DNA of 64,000 bases. Origin: Mobula hypostoma (Eukaryota). Under the pieces are notes generated by a model that saw only the letters and a program-made list of their open reading frames with translations, had not been told where the DNA came from and ran no database searches. The stretch covers positions 36,706,001 through 36,770,000 of the forward strand of contig NC_086109.1 in the NCBI RefSeq assembly GCF_963921235.1, in the 5' to 3' direction. Shown one piece after another: positions 60,046 through 64,000 of the stretch. The first letter of the stretch is position 1; each line of letters opens with the position of its first letter. Position numbers and translations under genes: made by a program.

Positions 60046-62027
60046 CTACTATAAGATTTGTGTACATGAGAATAATAAGAATAGTCCTTGTCGGTGGGAA
60101 GTTGAACTCACCAAATATCTACTAAATTCCAAGATCTAATCAAATTATTTAGGACCTGCACTGACACAATATTTGAGGGTGGGCGGGAGGACAATCTATC
60201 TAAATATGGATCCAGGTAGCAATTCAAATCACCGCTGATTATCATATTTGAATTACTGGCATCCGGACATAAATCAAAAACTTCCTTAAAAAAATTTGGC
60301 TCGTCTGTGTTTAGACCATAAATATTAAGGAAGGTTAGCGGAAACAAATTAATGGTGCCAGAGATCATAATAAACCTGCCGAGAGGATCTGTGGTCATGG
60401 AAATGAGTTGAAATGGAATATTTTTCCTAAAGAGGATAGCCACACCATGGGCATGAGAAGTAAATGGTGACTGGTAAACCTGCAATATCCAGCTCGACCT
60501 CAATCTGCGTTGCTCAGTTACTTTGATATGGGTTTCCTGTAGAAAAATCACATCTACCGCAAGGCCTCTGCATATGAGAATAAAAAAGGAGATTATTAGA
60601 GTTGAGCACAAACATAGTAAACAATGCAAAATAACTGGCAGCCTCATAAGAACACAACATACACCAGACAAAAACATGTCTGAGCTATAAACAGGAACAA
60701 CACACACCTTAACCCATCCCACTTCGTGTCTCCCTAAACCAGATACATATTTCCCCATTTCCATCCCAAAAGGAGCTGCTGGGCAGATAACATAAATTAT
60801 ATAATACCGTTAAACAGATGCTATTAAGGCTGGGGAGAGTTATCCAATGTCCGCACCTGAAGCCGAACATTCATGACACCAACTCAAATTTAACCCTTAT
60901 AATAACAAAAATATTTAGAATATTCTCTGCAATTAAATCACAGTGCGGCATACAGCATTGCAAAACTACATACAGCAAGCAAGTCCCTCCCCTTATCCCA
61001 ACATTGGAAACCGGCACAAATATAAGCTGAATAAACAGTGTCAATATATCAACACCCTTCTGCGTGCATTATTCCTTTCCAAGAATTGTGCTGCTTCTAT
61101 CGGGTCGTCGTATACTTTAGGCGCTCTTCCATCTAGATGATGAGTACCGCAGGGTGTGCTTGATTCCTCCATCACGCAGAGTTTGCAGTACATCACGAAA
61201 GGCACAACGTTGAGTCATCACCTCTTTAGTATAGTCCGGGAAGATCAAGACTTTATTTCCCTTGTACTCCATGGGTTGTAGTCTTCTGCGGCACAGGATC
61301 AGCTCTTTCACTTGAAAGTGATGAATACGCGCCAAGATGGTGCGCGGTTTAGCGCCGGCAGCCGGCTTCAGCTGGAGAAAGCGATCGACTTTAACCGGAT
61401 ACGGGAAATGCTCTTCCCCGAGCAACTTCGGAATCAGTCTGGAAACAAATTCGGTAGGTTTACCATCCTCCTTGCCCTCTTGTATCCCTACAATGTTAAT
61501 ATTATGTCTCTGGGAACGAGCCTCTAAGTCATGCACTTTAGCTTCAAGCTGGCTATTTTGTCTCATTAGCACTGAGTATTTAACTTCAAGCTCTTGCACG
61601 CGTGTTTCAAGGTCACTGGTGGTTAGTTCTTGATTAGCCACACGGGCTTGTAAGTCAGCCTGTGAGGCCACAAGCACCTCAAACTTGGTCTCTAAAACAT
61701 CAAAGCGGTCATTAATGCTGCGCAGAACTGACTCAGAAATCTCCTGACCTAATTCCTTGCACATGGCGTAAGTTTTATCCGGAGGTACCTTAGATGCGGG
61801 GAAGTTCTTTACAGACCCGTTGTTAGCACTAACTTCGGTACTTTGGCAGTCGGCGGTCTTGGCTTTATTTGCCTTTGGCATTGTCAAACTTTTCCAGACA
61901 CTTAGTTTAGACATACATTGTTGGCCTATGAATGAATAAAACACGGTATAATAGTAATTTTATCGAGGCCTCGGAGAGGAGCACTGACCGAACACGTCTA
62001 ACCCATACGCATGAGCACTGGCGCCCC
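60046..62027 (-). mobile_element. 5'-complete, 3'-truncated L1-clade LINE (5' UTR, ORF1, part of EN)
   Basis: Perfect 15-bp TSD TTCCTCACCCTTTTT at 60031-60045 and 62028-62042. EN VIFLQETH, GVAILF and SGDLNCYLDP, stopping at DYSYYSHVHKSYSR. Confidence 0.9.
61117..61881 (-). CDS. L1 ORF1p (coiled coil, RRM and CTD; C-terminus probably frameshifted)
   Basis: MPKANK...DLEARSQRHNINIVGIQEG...PRTILARIHHFQVKE...LIFPDYTKEVMTQR. Confidence 0.85.
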   Translation of the reverse strand: MPKANKAKTADCQSTEVSANNGSVKNFPASKVPPDKTYAMCKELGQEISESVLRSINDRFDVLETKFEVLVASQADLQARVANQELTTSDLETRVQELEVKYSVLMRQNSQLEAKVHDLEARSQRHNINIVGIQEGKEDGKPTEFVSRLIPKLLGEEHFPYPVKVDRFLQLKPAAGAKPRTILARIHHFQVKELILCRRRLQPMEYKGNKVLIFPDYTKEVMTQRCAFRDVLQTLRDGGIKHTLRYSSSRWKSA

Positions 62028-62827
62028 TTCCTCACCCTTTTTAATCTATGTTTGAATTCCATATTATGCCAATAAATTTCTTTAAATTTTCCATCACTTC
62101 TAGGTGCACTTCTCTCCTAAGTGATGCTGCTAGAGATGTTTCAAATTTAGGGAATTAAGTTTAATATAATGGATCATTCTTTATCAGTTATGCCTCCAAC
62201 TGTGTTTTCATTAGCATGAAATAAAACTTGTAAATATTCACAAAAAGACATACGAATAGGTTATAATTATACATATCTATTATATTTTCATTACCTTTAT
62301 TTTAAATTGATGAGCATATGAATTTGTGAATATATTTAAATGCAATCCAGACAGAGTTAGATTTTAATTATTCCAATTATTTTATAACTTCAGTTTATTA
62401 AACCACAGGTTTTAATAAGCAATTGTTAACTTATTGAAACTTTATTGTTTATGCCACCTTTCCATGATCAATAATGCCAAACTGAGATAATCATATTGGT
62501 GGCAAAGAGAGTCACTATTTCTTGAAATGGTTTATTTTATTTTGGAAGTAAACAATGAGAATAAAGGGCTAGTAAAAAGTAACCATGATCAGAATGTCTC
62601 CTTGTACACCAGAATTTCTGTTAATACTTGTACTCCTTAATTAGCATAATTAATTTTCTTGGATTTCCTTAAACCCTTGGGACAGAATATGAAGGATATC
62701 ATATGTACTTGAGATAATCATCAGTGACCATCACTAACAATCAGAAATAACTTTACTCTCTGCCCTGATTAATGAACTAATTTCATTTACTCAGTTTCTC
62801 TATATTTCTTCCTGAAGCAGCTTTCTG

Positions 62828-63047
62828 GGCCAGTCTGTGGTGTAGCGGTATCAGCACTGGACCTTGAGGTTGGATGGTCCTGAGTTCGAATCCAGCTGGG
62901 TCCCAACCTGGGCAGCAGCAGGCTCTGCACAGAAGAAAGGCCTAGCCATCTACTTCCGTATCTTGCCACAAAAGCACTATGGACAATTACACTATCCATA
63001 GGGTTGCCATGAGTTTACAATGACTCGATAACACTCAGAAACAACAA
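62828..63047 (+). mobile_element. tRNA-derived SINE with RTE-like 3' tail
   Basis: A-box TGGTGTAGCGG (62838-62848), B-box GAGTTCGAATCC (62882-62893), tail CATAGGGTTGCCATGAGT..GACTCGATAACAC..ACAACAA. Confidence 0.7.
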
Positions 63048-63972
63048 TGCAGCTCTATCTTTTTGCAAAACCATTCCTGGAAAACACTTAAAAGAATGTG
63101 AGAACAGCATACATCATTTTAATTCTGTAAGGAATTAAACTGATCTTCTGCTCAGCTACACCACCAGGTATTCCCCAATGCTATTAATGCTACATCCTTC
63201 CATTCACAATAAGGATTTAAGATATCCTAAAGTATTGTTGCTAGGCATGGAATAAATGCAGGTTCTAAACGTTATGCTGTGACCCCACAGTTTCAAGACT
63301 GAGAAGGGGAAAAATGAATAGAGATTAAATCTTAGTAAGAAGAAAGACTTGTACTAATACAGTTACCTTCAGATTGATGCAAGATGCGATGTAGTTAGCA
63401 AGGGATTTTTGAAGGGTAGTCTCTGCTCCACTATAGAGTAAAACAAAACTATCACATGTTACATGAGCAACAATGATATAAAGACCATATATTTTATTTC
63501 AATTGATGAGGATGAAGGGAAAGCTCCTCACTCTTCCTTGACGTGCTTGTTTGTGATCTTTTCATCCAATTAAACCCACAATTCTTTGATTTAGAAGCAA
63601 GAATTCCAATGCAGCAGTTCTGGTAGGTTGCAGAGAAAAATAATGACTCCATTCTTCTAGATATTTCATTAGATCTATTCAGATTTAGTTTTTGCTGCCA
63701 ATCAAATTTGAATTTAAATTTAGAATTGTTATAATTTTTTTTATTTTTGCGTTTCATAGCAGAATGAGAAACATGATGCTGAATACATTGTTCTTCACAT
63801 TGTTACTTGGAGTAATTATGGCTTCCGGCAACAGTACAGAATGAATAACATTTGCTAGACTATCTGCAGAGCATCTTCTTAAAATTTCCCAATAATCAGT
63901 GGAAAAGAATTGGTATTGATGCTCAGTTGAACTAATACAGTGCTTATTATAAAATCATCCGGTCAAAATTAC

Positions 63973-64000
63973 CTCAATATTGTCATGTACCTTTGTATGC
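63973..64000 (-). other. Possible 3' end of an exon running off the window edge
   Basis: Donor GAG|GTAATT. Spliced to 59738 it reads IQRYMTILR|FIVRH (phase 2) or HTKVHDNIE|VYCPPFI* (phase 0). Confidence 0.2.

Noticed and set aside
62828..62900. tRNA gene
   Set aside because: It has A/B boxes but no complete cloverleaf or T-run terminator, and continues into a LINE-type tail, so it is a SINE.

Overview
This is eukaryotic DNA, most likely from a cartilaginous fish (ray or shark), judged from HE1/V-SINE-like elements, Penelope hairpins and the CR1, Rex1 and L1 families. Most of the window is nested, largely decayed retrotransposons. There are four Gypsy/Ty3 LTR elements (Gmr1-like with a SCAN-like gag, sushi/PEG10-like, two Mag-like), three solo LTRs, two L1s, several CR1 and Rex1/Babar LINEs, Penelope fragments with hammerhead-ribozyme cores, SINEs and a Tc1 fragment. 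Many insertions have target-site duplications (TSDs) that can be read directly. The most interesting signal lies in the unique DNA between repeats. Three minus-strand exons (44192-44361, 32209-32425, 29207-29334) have canonical splice sites; the first two join in phase, and the third joins after one 1-nt correction. They splice into a cupin-fold protein that resembles bacterial L-ectoine synthase (EctC) by eye. It has an apparent 1-nt frameshift and lacks the EctC metal ligands. Further upstream exons are possible but uncertain. No database search could be run, so all family calls rest on motif recognition.
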